From: Candidatus Spyradenecus sp.
GTDB taxonomy: Bacteria > Verrucomicrobiota > Kiritimatiellia > RFP12 > DVOR01
Assembly (NCBI GenBank): GCA_045634445.1
Contig: JAZRAG010000078.1
Span: forward strand, 36-64,035
Length of the DNA stretch: 64,000 bases
Direction of reading: 5' to 3'
A program made the translations under genes and the position numbers. Of this stretch, positions 1-9,802 are shown piece by piece. Each line of letters starts with the position of its first letter. Within the stretch, counting starts at the first letter, position 1. The notes beneath the pieces were generated by a model. That model had not been told where the DNA came from, did no database searches, and saw nothing but the letters and a program-made list of their open reading frames with translations.

Positions 1-156
1 AATAATTGGTTTGCAATCACTTATTTAAATAATTTTATCCCCAAAACTCTTTTTAGTACAATGCATCTTCAAATGTACTATTACGCAAACCCCAAAAACG
101 CATTCCTAATATGCATTTTCCCAAAAATCTATAGTACAAAACTCGTTAAACTGATA
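1..156 (+). repeat. Direct repeat A, copy 1 (may extend beyond the window start)
   Basis: 1..156 matches 1036..1191 with one mismatch (CGCAAAC vs CGTAAAC). Confidence 0.95.
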
Positions 157-172
157 ATCTAAATATGACAAG

Positions 173-913
173 TCATTGAATTGCTTCAGTGATTAGACGA
201 CATGTATACTTTTTCTTTAAAATCGTTTTTAATAAAAATTTAAGAAAGTCAAAATTAAATACTTTAAACAATTCAACTGTTGTTTCAAATTTCTTATTTG
301 ATAATGATGTAATTATTATTTTTCTACCGTAAAAATTTGCATTAACATCTTCCCAATGGAAAAACTTCTTTTCTGGTGAGATAATTTTCCAACGAGAGAG
401 AACAATCCCATGATTAAAAAGTTCAACAGGGCCAAACTTAACACCTTCGCCATTCGCTAATTTATCAAGCATTTTAGCAACAATATGTGGTCCAACGACC
501 TTAAGAAATGTATGAATAAAACCTACATAAGTTGATTCTCTAGCCATCCCACCTAAACATAATACATTTTTCTCCTTACCTTCAGGTGTTTCTATTTTCA
601 TAACAATAGAGTAATTTGTTGGCGTAGGAATTTGATTGATTATTTCTTGTTTAGCCCAATACGAAAATCCTGTAATAATATTAATTGGAAATCGTTTATT
701 ACCAATCGTTACTGCATAGTTAGTAATTTCCATAGAACGATTAACGAGAATCCCTCGTGAAATGGATAAATAAGAGATTTCTTTACCTTGTGGTATTGTA
801 GATTGATGGCTGACTTTTCGTGCATTATTTTGAGAAGGCTGAATAGTGCTACCACAATTAGAGCAGAAGCGTGCACTCTCATTAACTTGTGTACCACAAT
901 GCGAACAGAACAT
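173..913 (-). CDS. Zinc-ribbon domain protein (CxxC..CxxC N-terminus) with uncharacterised C-terminal domain
   Basis: 246-aa ORF starting MFCSHCG...FCSNCG. Confidence 0.8.
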   Translation of the reverse strand: MFCSHCGTQVNESARFCSNCGSTIQPSQNNARKVSHQSTIPQGKEISYLSISRGILVNRSMEITNYAVTIGNKRFPINIITGFSYWAKQEIINQIPTPTNYSIVMKIETPEGKEKNVLCLGGMARESTYVGFIHTFLKVVGPHIVAKMLDKLANGEGVKFGPVELFNHGIVLSRWKIISPEKKFFHWEDVNANFYGRKIIITSLSNKKFETTVELFKVFNFDFLKFLLKTILKKKYTCRLITEAIQ

Positions 914-1035
914 AAACTTACTCCACTATAAATCAATAACAACACGAATATATCACATTAGCATCATAATGTCTAATTGCCGTTAGTTACATTTATCAAT
1001 CTTTCAATCAATTGTACTACTGATTTACTGTCCTA

Positions 1036-1191
1036 AATAATTGGTTTGCAATCACTTATTTAAATAATTTTATCCCCAAAACTCTTTTTAGTACAATGCA
1101 TCTTCAAATGTACTATTACGTAAACCCCAAAAACGCATTCCTAATATGCATTTTCCCAAAAATCTATAGTACAAAACTCGTTAAACTGATA
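1036..1191 (+). repeat. Direct repeat A, copy 2
   Basis: Near-identical to 1..156; contains AGTAC/GTACT motifs at 1090, 1110, 1168. Confidence 0.95.
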
Positions 1192-1218
1192 TAAGCAGTC
1201 CCAAAATGAAACTAAAGA

Positions 1219-1500
1219 TTTCATTTCTTCAATACTTTGTACTATATTTGCCCAGCCGGAACTTATTCATTTACAATAACTTATCTTGAATATTTTATGG
1301 CGGGCGATTTTAGGCTTAAAATCAGTACAATCTGTACTATCCGTGCAAAATTTAAACAGTACATTTTTTTGGGGGCCAACACTTTGAAGGGGAAATTTCC
1401 TCTCGGGAAGAAATCTTAAATAGTACAATTTTTAGGCGGGGACTTTTTAGCCCTGTATAGAAAATTCTAGAAAATAGTACGATGCCCTGAAGACGTGAAA
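1219..1500 (+). repeat. Imperfect direct repeat B, copy 1 (left flank of defence island)
   Basis: Aligns with 18626..18908; all six AGTAC/GTACT motifs are conserved. Confidence 0.9.
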
Positions 1501-1557
1501 GGTACCATATTGATAAGGAAAATGGTACCATATTCTGTTGGTAAATGGTACCATATT
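1501..1557 (+). repeat. Three GGTACCATATT direct repeats with 23-bp period (iteron or protein-binding-site like)
   Basis: Copies start at 1501, 1524 and 1547. Confidence 0.85.
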
Positions 1558-2308
1558 CTTCAGCAATATTAGCATTTTTCAATTTGAAGAAGGCTATGAT
1601 TCCATTTTCAATATTAGCCTTTTTGATTTAAAAAATGGGTGTAGCGCTTCGCGAAGGAGTTTTAGAAACCACAGAATACAGAAGGATATGCGCCCGAGCA
1701 CAACGTGCTGGGAAATACACAGAAAAGGGGCTACAGGTGGGGATTAACGCTAAGAACACAAGGAGAAGCGTCGAGCTTTTCGTAACACAAGGGCTTTGCC
1801 CACGAAAAGCCAACGCATCTGCGAAGCATGTAAAGGGCTGCAGGTGGGGGGAGTGGCTGCGCCACGGAGCAATTAAATGATGCACTATCCCTTTTATCGC
1901 TTCTAAGGAAAGCGCGCATCACCCCATGGCTTAACGCATCTGCGAAGAACGGACTCCCCAAAGTCCAAAACCGCATATGTGCGAGCGGCGAAATGTGTTC
2001 ACGAAGCAGACGGAAAATCAACCACAGATTAAGCGAATAGGGTCGCATGCGGAATTAAACCACATATGAAACGAATTGATAGAAATAGGACTACAAGAGG
2101 TGTAACTGCAACTTGCCATCAGGAGTTGCCAGTATACTTTCCGACGACATCACGTCCGTAGCAGGTAAACTCCCAATTGCCTTTTCCACATTGGCCAAGG
2201 CGGCATTCTGCGTCAAGCTCGCCTCAGCAATGATTGCCCTACCGTAAGCGACTCTGATACGGCTACCTGTGTTGCGGTTCATAGTGAGCCAACAGAGTTT
2301 CAAAAAAA

Positions 2309-5024
2309 TTACGGATTCCCATAAAAACTCCCGGCAGTCTTTCGTTCTCCGAATATAAAATTGGCGATTTTTTCATACTCGTTACTGTCGTTCGTAACAA
2401 GCCTCAGCAGAGGAATATTGTTTTTGGCAAAAATGCTGTTTTTCAATTGATCCCGTTTGGATTGCCTGGTTCCGGATTTATGAAAATTGTAACCATCCAC
2501 CTCTATCCCGAAACAAGGAGTTTTGCCAAATTTTTCGTAAATCAGGAAATCAATATGAGTATTGGCATTACTCAAATACACTGCTTCCTCTTCTGACAAT
2601 CTCGGATTACTCCGGAATATCTCCCGCAAAGGGATGTGCATCCGGAAACAATAACGTCGGTCAACATCATTTGCCTGAAGAATCCCGGATAAGACTTGAT
2701 ATATAATTTCCTCTGCTGGGGAATCAAAAAATAAGTGTTTATACTGATCGCAGTTTAAATGTTGCTGATATTCATCGTAAAGCATATCAAACACCGAAGT
2801 GATATTCCCTTGCGTAAACGCACTCTTGTCTAAATCATAATAACGGATATAATTTACTAAATCCCCGATGCAATTATCCCATTGCTGGTTTGAGGATGAT
2901 ACCACCAGATGAAATTCTTTTTTCGCCCGGGAAACGGCAACATTGATCAATTGCTCATCGGCAGTAAAATCGGATATTTGATTATCCACGGTTGACATAA
3001 TGATCACATCTTTTTCACGCCCTTGAAATTTGTGGACGGTGTGACCGCCAAGTCGTTCTGCCTGTTCCCGGAAAGGCGAACATAAGCCAATAGAGTCTGC
3101 GGGATAATGGTGATTTTGCACCAAATCATTGACCAAATTATCAATCTCCTGGCATTGCCGTAAGTTAAAATGTCCACGGGCATGATTGCCGGGAGCGGTA
3201 AAAAGCACTTTCAATGCCGGATTATTGCTCCATTGCGAATGGATCACCAGGTTATTGTCATAAAATTTCTGATTGCAAAAGCCAATAATCAACGGATCAC
3301 AGCGGTAATGTTCGCAAAGGGTAGTATTGGGGATTGCCGGAAGTGCCTGCTGCAATGAACTTAAAATACTTTGCCCAGCGTGATATTTATATTCATCGGC
3401 AATGTTGCACGAAGAATTCAATCCTGTCAATTTCAACTCATCTTCGGCAGTAATAACACACGGCAGTTGTTTATCATCCCCCACAATGACAACATTTTTT
3501 GCACAGGCAATCGCCACTGCTCCGGTACAGAGATCAACCTGTGAAGCCTCATCCATAATCAGCAAATCAAAACCGCCTCCCGGCATAAAATGATTTATCA
3601 TAAAGGTTGTTGATAACAACACCGGATATTCAGACAAAAAATCTTCATTCCGTAAATCCGATTTATAAAACTTTCTCCGTTCTTTATGGCAGACAGAATA
3701 TTTTTTGCGTAATTTCACCTTTAATAATTGCCATGACAACAAATTGAGAGTTTTGTGCTTATTTTCAAAATCAGCATTGGCGAGAGCTTTTTCAAGTTCG
3801 GCAACTTCGCTCTGTAATTCTGAAGATTTTTTCTGATAATACAGTTTTTTCAGGGCAACTGAAATTGTTTCAAGCGGTTGATTCCAAAATGTAAAATTCC
3901 AATGACGGCAAAATAATACTTGCCAGAGTTTGAACCAAAACGATAATTGTTTCTGCTTAATGCTGTGCATATTGCACTTGCTGAAAAGCAACATTAACTT
4001 TTCAGAAGATATTGCACAAGGCAATTGTGGTACATTCGGATAGCATTGCGTAAATTTTTCAGCTTCAATATCCCATTCGTGAAGTTGTGAAAGTTTTCTT
4101 TTCAACTCATTTTGTTTTTCAAAAAGAGTTTTCAATTCCCGGTGTAACGCATATAACCGTTGCTCATCATGCAAAGTAAAATCAATATTTTCATTGAGCC
4201 ACAACGGATAGTTAGGTTGGTTTTCTAAAAAATTCTCCTGATTGGCTTTGTTGCCGAGCAATGCAACCATAAAATCCAAGCCATTGGCGGCAGACAGTTT
4301 TTCCACAACATTCTGTATGGCGGAATTGTTGTTGGAAACGATTGCAACCCGTTGCCCATTAACAACTGCATTGACTAAAATGTTCAAAATAGTTTGAGTT
4401 TTACCAGTTCCCGGCGGTCCCTGAATCAAACTTAATGAGTTGGAAAAGGTTTGTTCAACAGCATTTAACTGGCTTTCATTGCATTGAAACGGGAAAATAT
4501 TTTTTTATCCGAGGAGCAGATTCTGGTAATACTCCGGAAAGATAAGTATACAGCGGAGAATTTACCGGAATATCTTTGATTTTTTCCAATGCATCAGCAA
4601 TAATGGTATTCGCTGGAGCATCCGGATCTTCAGACGGCAAATTCTTAACCATTTTTGCAACATTATGCAAGTAGTCAAGTACATCCGGCACACGGGTTTT
4701 CAGAATTTCAAAATCGCCGTGATGCAATTCCGTTTTTCTTTGCTTAGCGAAAAAGAGTTTCAAAAAGCTCCCGAATAAAACCTTTTTCTCTGCATTGAGT
4801 TCAATGCGACCATTGATTGCAATGTCGTTTTCTATGAGCGCAGGTTTTTCTGAAAAAATGATGTTTTTTCTGGCGTATGCAAAAGTTTTTTCGCTGTTAC
4901 GAAAAGAAATATCGACAAAATCGCCTCGGGATTTTATAGATTCCACATCTCCTGTCAAATCCTTAAATCCCTGTCGCTTGTCAACAATTAAAAACTTCTG
5001 CTCATCCATTTTCTGCGTAATCAA
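2309..5024 (-). pseudogene. SF1 (DNA2/NAM7-like) helicase with C-terminal DUF2726/Vsr-like nuclease domain, split by a frameshift at an A7 run
   Basis: ORFs 4476..5024 and 2309..4429 join through the alternative frame NIFPFQCNESQLNAVEQTFSNSLSLIQGPPGTGKT. Motifs GPPGTGKT, MDEASQ, EHYRC, TVHKFQGREKD, NVAVSRAK; C-terminal HIDF...IEVDG..FH. Could be an assembly error. Confidence 0.8.
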
Positions 5025-5055
5025 CTTTATTTATTCAGCATCAAATTTCTATTCT

Positions 5056-5803
5056 TCACAAAAACAGATGATTCTCCTTGCGCCCGCCCAGTTTGGGAGC
5101 CATTTTTTCGGTGGCGGCTTGCATGAGAGCCGGATCGAGGTCGCGGGCGTTTTTGGGGCAAATGTATTGGCAACGCATACAACTGATACAACGATCTTTA
5201 TCGGTTTTGCGGGGATCAGTTTTGTCGATCGCGCCCACCGGACAACGGAAGCACAAATTCCGCATTTATCGCAAGCATCATTGGATTCGGGCTTGAAAGG
5301 AATGTTGGTAAGTTCCTTGTATGAGCCATGACTTCCGGCAAGGTTCAACTCTCCGAAAACGCCGCTGTCAAGTTTTTCGGTGATTTTTCGGGCAAATTCC
5401 GCAAGCTCCAGTGCATCTTCTTTATCTGGACGACCGGCAGCAAACTGCCAGAAAATGGAGTGTTCAGCAACAGCAGCGACCGCCGCCACACAAATAAATC
5501 CGCAACTTTCAAGAGTATCCTGCAATTCGGTCAAAGTATCATTCCACTCCCGATTGCCATAAACACAATTCAAGACCACTTTCGCCCCATTACCAGAAAT
5601 CTTGAGCCGCTCAATGGCAACCTGCGGAACCCTCCCGGCAAACGTCGGAACAGAAATCAAACAAACATCCTCCGCTTGCAAAGCCATTTTTCAATATCGC
5701 AGCAAACATCCACCTCGCAAACCTCTCCACCGAGATTGCGCACCAGAATATCCGCCACCTTCTTCGTACCGACCGTCGGACTGAAACAAATGTTATAAAG
5801 CAT
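5056..5803 (-). pseudogene. Flavodoxin-like/4Fe-4S ferredoxin fusion (EFR1-like), two single-base frameshifts
   Basis: Starts MLYNICFSPTVGTKKVA; fragments carry CDKCGICAS, CPVGAI and CISCMRCQYICP. Frameshifts at the T5 run 5687-5691 and near 5244. Confidence 0.8.
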
Positions 5804-5827
5804 TGTTTTCTCACGCTATCTGCAAAA

Positions 5828-7831
5828 TCAAATTTTTAATATGTCAAGCATTTTTGCTTGATGATTTTTTATTTCTTCAAAAGTCCATGTCTGCTTATCG
5901 TGACATATTTGCATCATAATCATAAATTTTAAAGAGGCAACACTGACTTGTTTGACTTTACCAGAACTATCTAAATAATGGTCTAATTTTGTTTTCGGAC
6001 TCCAGTTAGAGCCAGAGCTGTTAATATCACTACCAATCATCGCATAATTACCCAAACAATTAATCTCTATTTGAGTTGGATTGCCATTTTTTCCGTCTGC
6101 GTTTGCTTGGGGGAAGTAATGTTCTAAACTACGCCGGGTGCGTGAAAAATAAAATTTTTGAAAAACAGGTAAATCAAAATCACTGCAACCTAAAGAATCA
6201 AAAAAATTATTTCTCTCAATTGATCCTTTTTCTACTTTTTTTCCACGTAGTTCATCAGCATATTTCTGCCAAATTTTGTAATCAAGATAATTAAATACAA
6301 ATAACGGAATTCCGGCAGATCTGTCGCCTATACCTGAGCCATAAATATTTTCAAATTCATTAACATTGTTTTGACAAGAAAGATTCAAATTATCATTATC
6401 TAAAATTTCATTATCAAAACTACCAGGGAGAGGTACATTGATTTCATTAAGATTATCATCTTTCAAGTAAATATCATTAAAATATTTACAAGCTAACTGC
6501 TCTAAAAATACAACATATTCTTTATAGGATTGCTTATCTGGTGTGTACCAGGCAAATAAATACAACAAAACGTATAACAAATAATTCTTTCGCTGACGAG
6601 CTGTAAATGATACTTCAAACATAGAAAGCAGTTGCAGAGCTTTATCTTGCCAATACTCATCTGTTATTAAATTTTTGGGGTATTGTCGAGCATTTTCTCC
6701 GTTTTGCCACAATTGAAGTTTCCATGGATTGTTTTCCATTGTGTCATCTTCACAGGAGTGATGCACGATAAAATTATCAAGAAAGAATTTTGCCTTGAGC
6801 AGGTTATAACAGAAATCTTTCACAAATTCTGTAGACAAACTGATTTTATCAAATTCATTAATCAATTCTTTATCATCTAAATTAAAATCATTAGGCTTGA
6901 AATCTTGCTTGTGATTTCGTATAAGAGTTAATTTCAAGACGATTAAAAGAAAATTGGAAAAATCAATAATTGGTTGGAAAAAATCTTTTTTATCCTCACT
7001 TGTTTTGTTCTGCTGCAGATTTGTTTCAAAATTCAACAAATTCTCGATTTGTTCGGTGTCAAAACAATCACAAAAATCCGGGAATTCATCAAACCTCTGG
7101 ATACAAAATTGCCGAAATTCTTGTCCCCAAAGTTCAGTTTTTGAAATTTTCTGTTGAATATAAACATTCATCTCGCTGCAGCATTCCCAAACTGTATTGA
7201 ATTTGCTTCCGAGCGTTCTATCATTTTTCAATGTTGCAAGCAATCGTGCTTTTATAATTTCATGTTTCTCTAACTGTTCACCACGAGAATTCATTATTTC
7301 AAAGTAGTGATTCAAGTCTATATCACGCGGTACTTTATAGTGAATAATATGCACATTGTTCAAAAAATACTTCTTGAAGCTTTCCAACTGTTCGTTAGAG
7401 ATTATTTCTTTAATTGCATTTTCAGCAAAACGATACCCATTAATAAGCCCCTGATCCTGTTCCTGAATAGCACACTTGGGGAGAGCTTTTAATGTATTGT
7501 CAGATTTTTCCCGAGCACGATAGGTTAAAGGATTGGAAATAGGAATTTTCAAAGCCTTCAAAATAAGGTTAATGGTGGTTAATCGCTGTTGTCCATCAAT
7601 AATTTCAAAGATATTATCACCTTTATAAAAGGATACAAGTGTACCTATATAATAAATACTTTTTTCATCTTTATTGAATGCATCAAACACATCTTGGATT
7701 AATGCGAAAACTTCATCCTTTTCCCACGCATAGTTACGCTGATATATTGGAATTTCCCAATAAGCATTTTCGCCATTATACAACTGTTCAATGGAGATTT
7801 CCTGCAAAGGGATCTTGTTATTATTCATCAC
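5828..7831 (-). CDS. DUF262 + DUF1524 (HNH) GmrSD-like restriction endonuclease
   Basis: IPIYQRNYAW, IIDGQQRLTT, FEIMNSRG; C-terminal SLEHYFPQ...LGNY...N HNH-like motif. Confidence 0.85.
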   Translation of the reverse strand: MMNNNKIPLQEISIEQLYNGENAYWEIPIYQRNYAWEKDEVFALIQDVFDAFNKDEKSIYYIGTLVSFYKGDNIFEIIDGQQRLTTINLILKALKIPISNPLTYRAREKSDNTLKALPKCAIQEQDQGLINGYRFAENAIKEIISNEQLESFKKYFLNNVHIIHYKVPRDIDLNHYFEIMNSRGEQLEKHEIIKARLLATLKNDRTLGSKFNTVWECCSEMNVYIQQKISKTELWGQEFRQFCIQRFDEFPDFCDCFDTEQIENLLNFETNLQQNKTSEDKKDFFQPIIDFSNFLLIVLKLTLIRNHKQDFKPNDFNLDDKELINEFDKISLSTEFVKDFCYNLLKAKFFLDNFIVHHSCEDDTMENNPWKLQLWQNGENARQYPKNLITDEYWQDKALQLLSMFEVSFTARQRKNYLLYVLLYLFAWYTPDKQSYKEYVVFLEQLACKYFNDIYLKDDNLNEINVPLPGSFDNEILDNDNLNLSCQNNVNEFENIYGSGIGDRSAGIPLFVFNYLDYKIWQKYADELRGKKVEKGSIERNNFFDSLGCSDFDLPVFQKFYFSRTRRSLEHYFPQANADGKNGNPTQIEINCLGNYAMIGSDINSSGSNWSPKTKLDHYLDSSGKVKQVSVASLKFMIMMQICHDKQTWTFEEIKNHQAKMLDILKI

Positions 7832-9294
7832 TTATTATCTCCGTATAAAAAGTTAAAACGTTCAAAAAATGTCAAATAATTTTGCGGAACTCCGGCAATT
7901 ATCTCTCCCCAATCGCGTTCTTGATTTTTGGCAATCATTGAAATCGGTGAAATTTTATCCGCCAGTTGTCCGAATAATCCCACAGGAGAGTCTGCTTCGG
8001 CGATTAGCTTATAAATATTGAATGAATTCACTATTTTTCCATTGCCCATGATGTAATTTTGAGCTGTTGGCCATCCTACATTATAATATTGTGCTCGCAT
8101 TGAGTAAGCCCAAATAAATGCTTGAATAACAAACTGGTTCAGCATTTCCAAATCTTTTTCATCAGGCTTTTCTGGACAAAATCGATCAACATAGAGTAAA
8201 ATTGCCGTATCAAATAGCAGACGAGTAATTCTGTTGCCCGTCCCATTCTTATACCTATGTAGATCAAGTGTCTTTACAATTTCGTTATCATTAATGTAAT
8301 ATCCGGAATATTTATCATTATTTTGAATATCCTGCAAAATATTAAAATAGTGCTTTGCGTAATCAAAGAAAGGCTTTCCAGCAATAATTGGAGTATCAAT
8401 TTGAAATGGTTTCAGATTGTGCATTCCTGATACAAACGGCATGGATGAATTATTAATCATATCTGCATATGCAAATGCCCCCTTATAAAATTGCGCATAC
8501 GAAAAATTATCTGCTCTGGTTATGCCTTTGAATTTTTGGATATTTTGCTCATTCAAATCCCACGCTTTATTTCCTTTAACCCATTCTTTCAAGCGGTAAA
8601 GGTAGTCACTAAAGAGAGAAGATAATGTTTTTTGATCCATATCTTCCCACTGTTTAACAGTTTTTTCTGTTATTTCAGCATCCAGATCATTCATTTCACG
8701 CAAATGATACGCTTTCAATAGATCGTGCGGATAAAGTTTTTTACCTCGAGCATTTTGCGAATCAAAAAATTGAAACGCTTCTGATAAATTATCTGTAATA
8801 ACTACAATTATTTCGCAATTATTTTTTATGTACTCTAAAAGATCTGCACGCTCTTTATCATCACGGATATTTTTAACACGTCGAAGCAATGCATGAAAAT
8901 TTATCGGTACATTGCGAATATTGTGCTGATTCTTTGCTAAAGGCTGCTTCAAAAATCTCAACTTCTCTGTCAAACCGTCATCAAGCGCTTTCAATAAAAG
9001 GGTAAATGTTATGATTCTTTGTTGACCATCAACGATGTTATACGTTTCGCGTTTTTCATGCAGAATCAAGGTTCCGACACGATAAACTTCTTTGTTTGTA
9101 TTTTTTGCTTCTATAATATCATCAAACAATTGCAAGGTGCTTTTCGCACTCCATTTATACGGTCGTTGATAATCAGGAATACGTAATTCTACATTATCTA
9201 TAGGCTGCCCGCTTGAGTTGATTGTGATTCGGTTATTAAGTAACAAATCTCCAATTTTTGCGATTGCCAAAGTTAATTTCATATTTTCACTCAT
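7828..9294 (-). CDS. DUF262 (GmrS/ParB-like) domain protein
   Basis: IPDYQRPYKW, IVDGQQRIIT, FFDSQNARGK; 4-bp ATGA overlap with the downstream gene. Confidence 0.85.
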   Translation of the reverse strand: MSENMKLTLAIAKIGDLLLNNRITINSSGQPIDNVELRIPDYQRPYKWSAKSTLQLFDDIIEAKNTNKEVYRVGTLILHEKRETYNIVDGQQRIITFTLLLKALDDGLTEKLRFLKQPLAKNQHNIRNVPINFHALLRRVKNIRDDKERADLLEYIKNNCEIIVVITDNLSEAFQFFDSQNARGKKLYPHDLLKAYHLREMNDLDAEITEKTVKQWEDMDQKTLSSLFSDYLYRLKEWVKGNKAWDLNEQNIQKFKGITRADNFSYAQFYKGAFAYADMINNSSMPFVSGMHNLKPFQIDTPIIAGKPFFDYAKHYFNILQDIQNNDKYSGYYINDNEIVKTLDLHRYKNGTGNRITRLLFDTAILLYVDRFCPEKPDEKDLEMLNQFVIQAFIWAYSMRAQYYNVGWPTAQNYIMGNGKIVNSFNIYKLIAEADSPVGLFGQLADKISPISMIAKNQERDWGEIIAGVPQNYLTFFERFNFLYGDNK

Positions 9295-9760
9295 GGATCA
9301 AATCTCCATTTTGATTTACTATATTCAAGCCCTGACCGGAGATGCCGTAGGCTTGGGGGATGTTTTCGTTTTGGAAGACGGCGAGGTATTTGGTCATGTT
9401 GGGAGCGAGTTTCCCGGAAAGCATTTCATCTAAAGTCATCCACTTGACGTTGCCTTCAACGGAACCGGTCAGTTCTCCGGAAAAGGTACTGGTTTTGAAA
9501 AGAAAAACAAAATATTGCGACTGTTTTATGGGATTATACCATTGAATATATCCACAATTCTGCAAGTTGGAAACGGTCAGTCCCGTTTCCTCCTGAACTT
9601 CGCGGATAATGGAAGCCACGACCGTTTCCCCCGGTTCAACATGTCCCCCGGGAAAAGTCAACCCCGGCCACGGATTCGACGGCTTGGGCAAGCGTTCCTG
9701 CACCAGAACGCGCCCATCCGCATCCGTTATCATGCACATATTACAAAGTTCAGTTTCCAT
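9287..9760 (-). CDS. NUDIX hydrolase (MutT-like)
   Basis: Nudix box GGHVEPGETVVASIIREVQEETGL. Confidence 0.9.
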   Translation of the reverse strand: METELCNMCMITDADGRVLVQERLPKPSNPWPGLTFPGGHVEPGETVVASIIREVQEETGLTVSNLQNCGYIQWYNPIKQSQYFVFLFKTSTFSGELTGSVEGNVKWMTLDEMLSGKLAPNMTKYLAVFQNENIPQAYGISGQGLNIVNQNGDLIHE

Positions 9761-9802
9761 TTATGACAAAAGTCCTAAAATTTCTTTTCTGCTTTTTTGA
9801 AA

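Noticed and set aside
1-1560. Possible CRISPR array or integron attC sites
   Set aside because: No regular repeat-spacer period, no cas genes, no attC-type RYYYAAC/GTTRRRY hairpins.
2091-2303. 70-aa ORF after the helicase
   Set aside because: No start context or family recognised; treated as a possible gene fragment.
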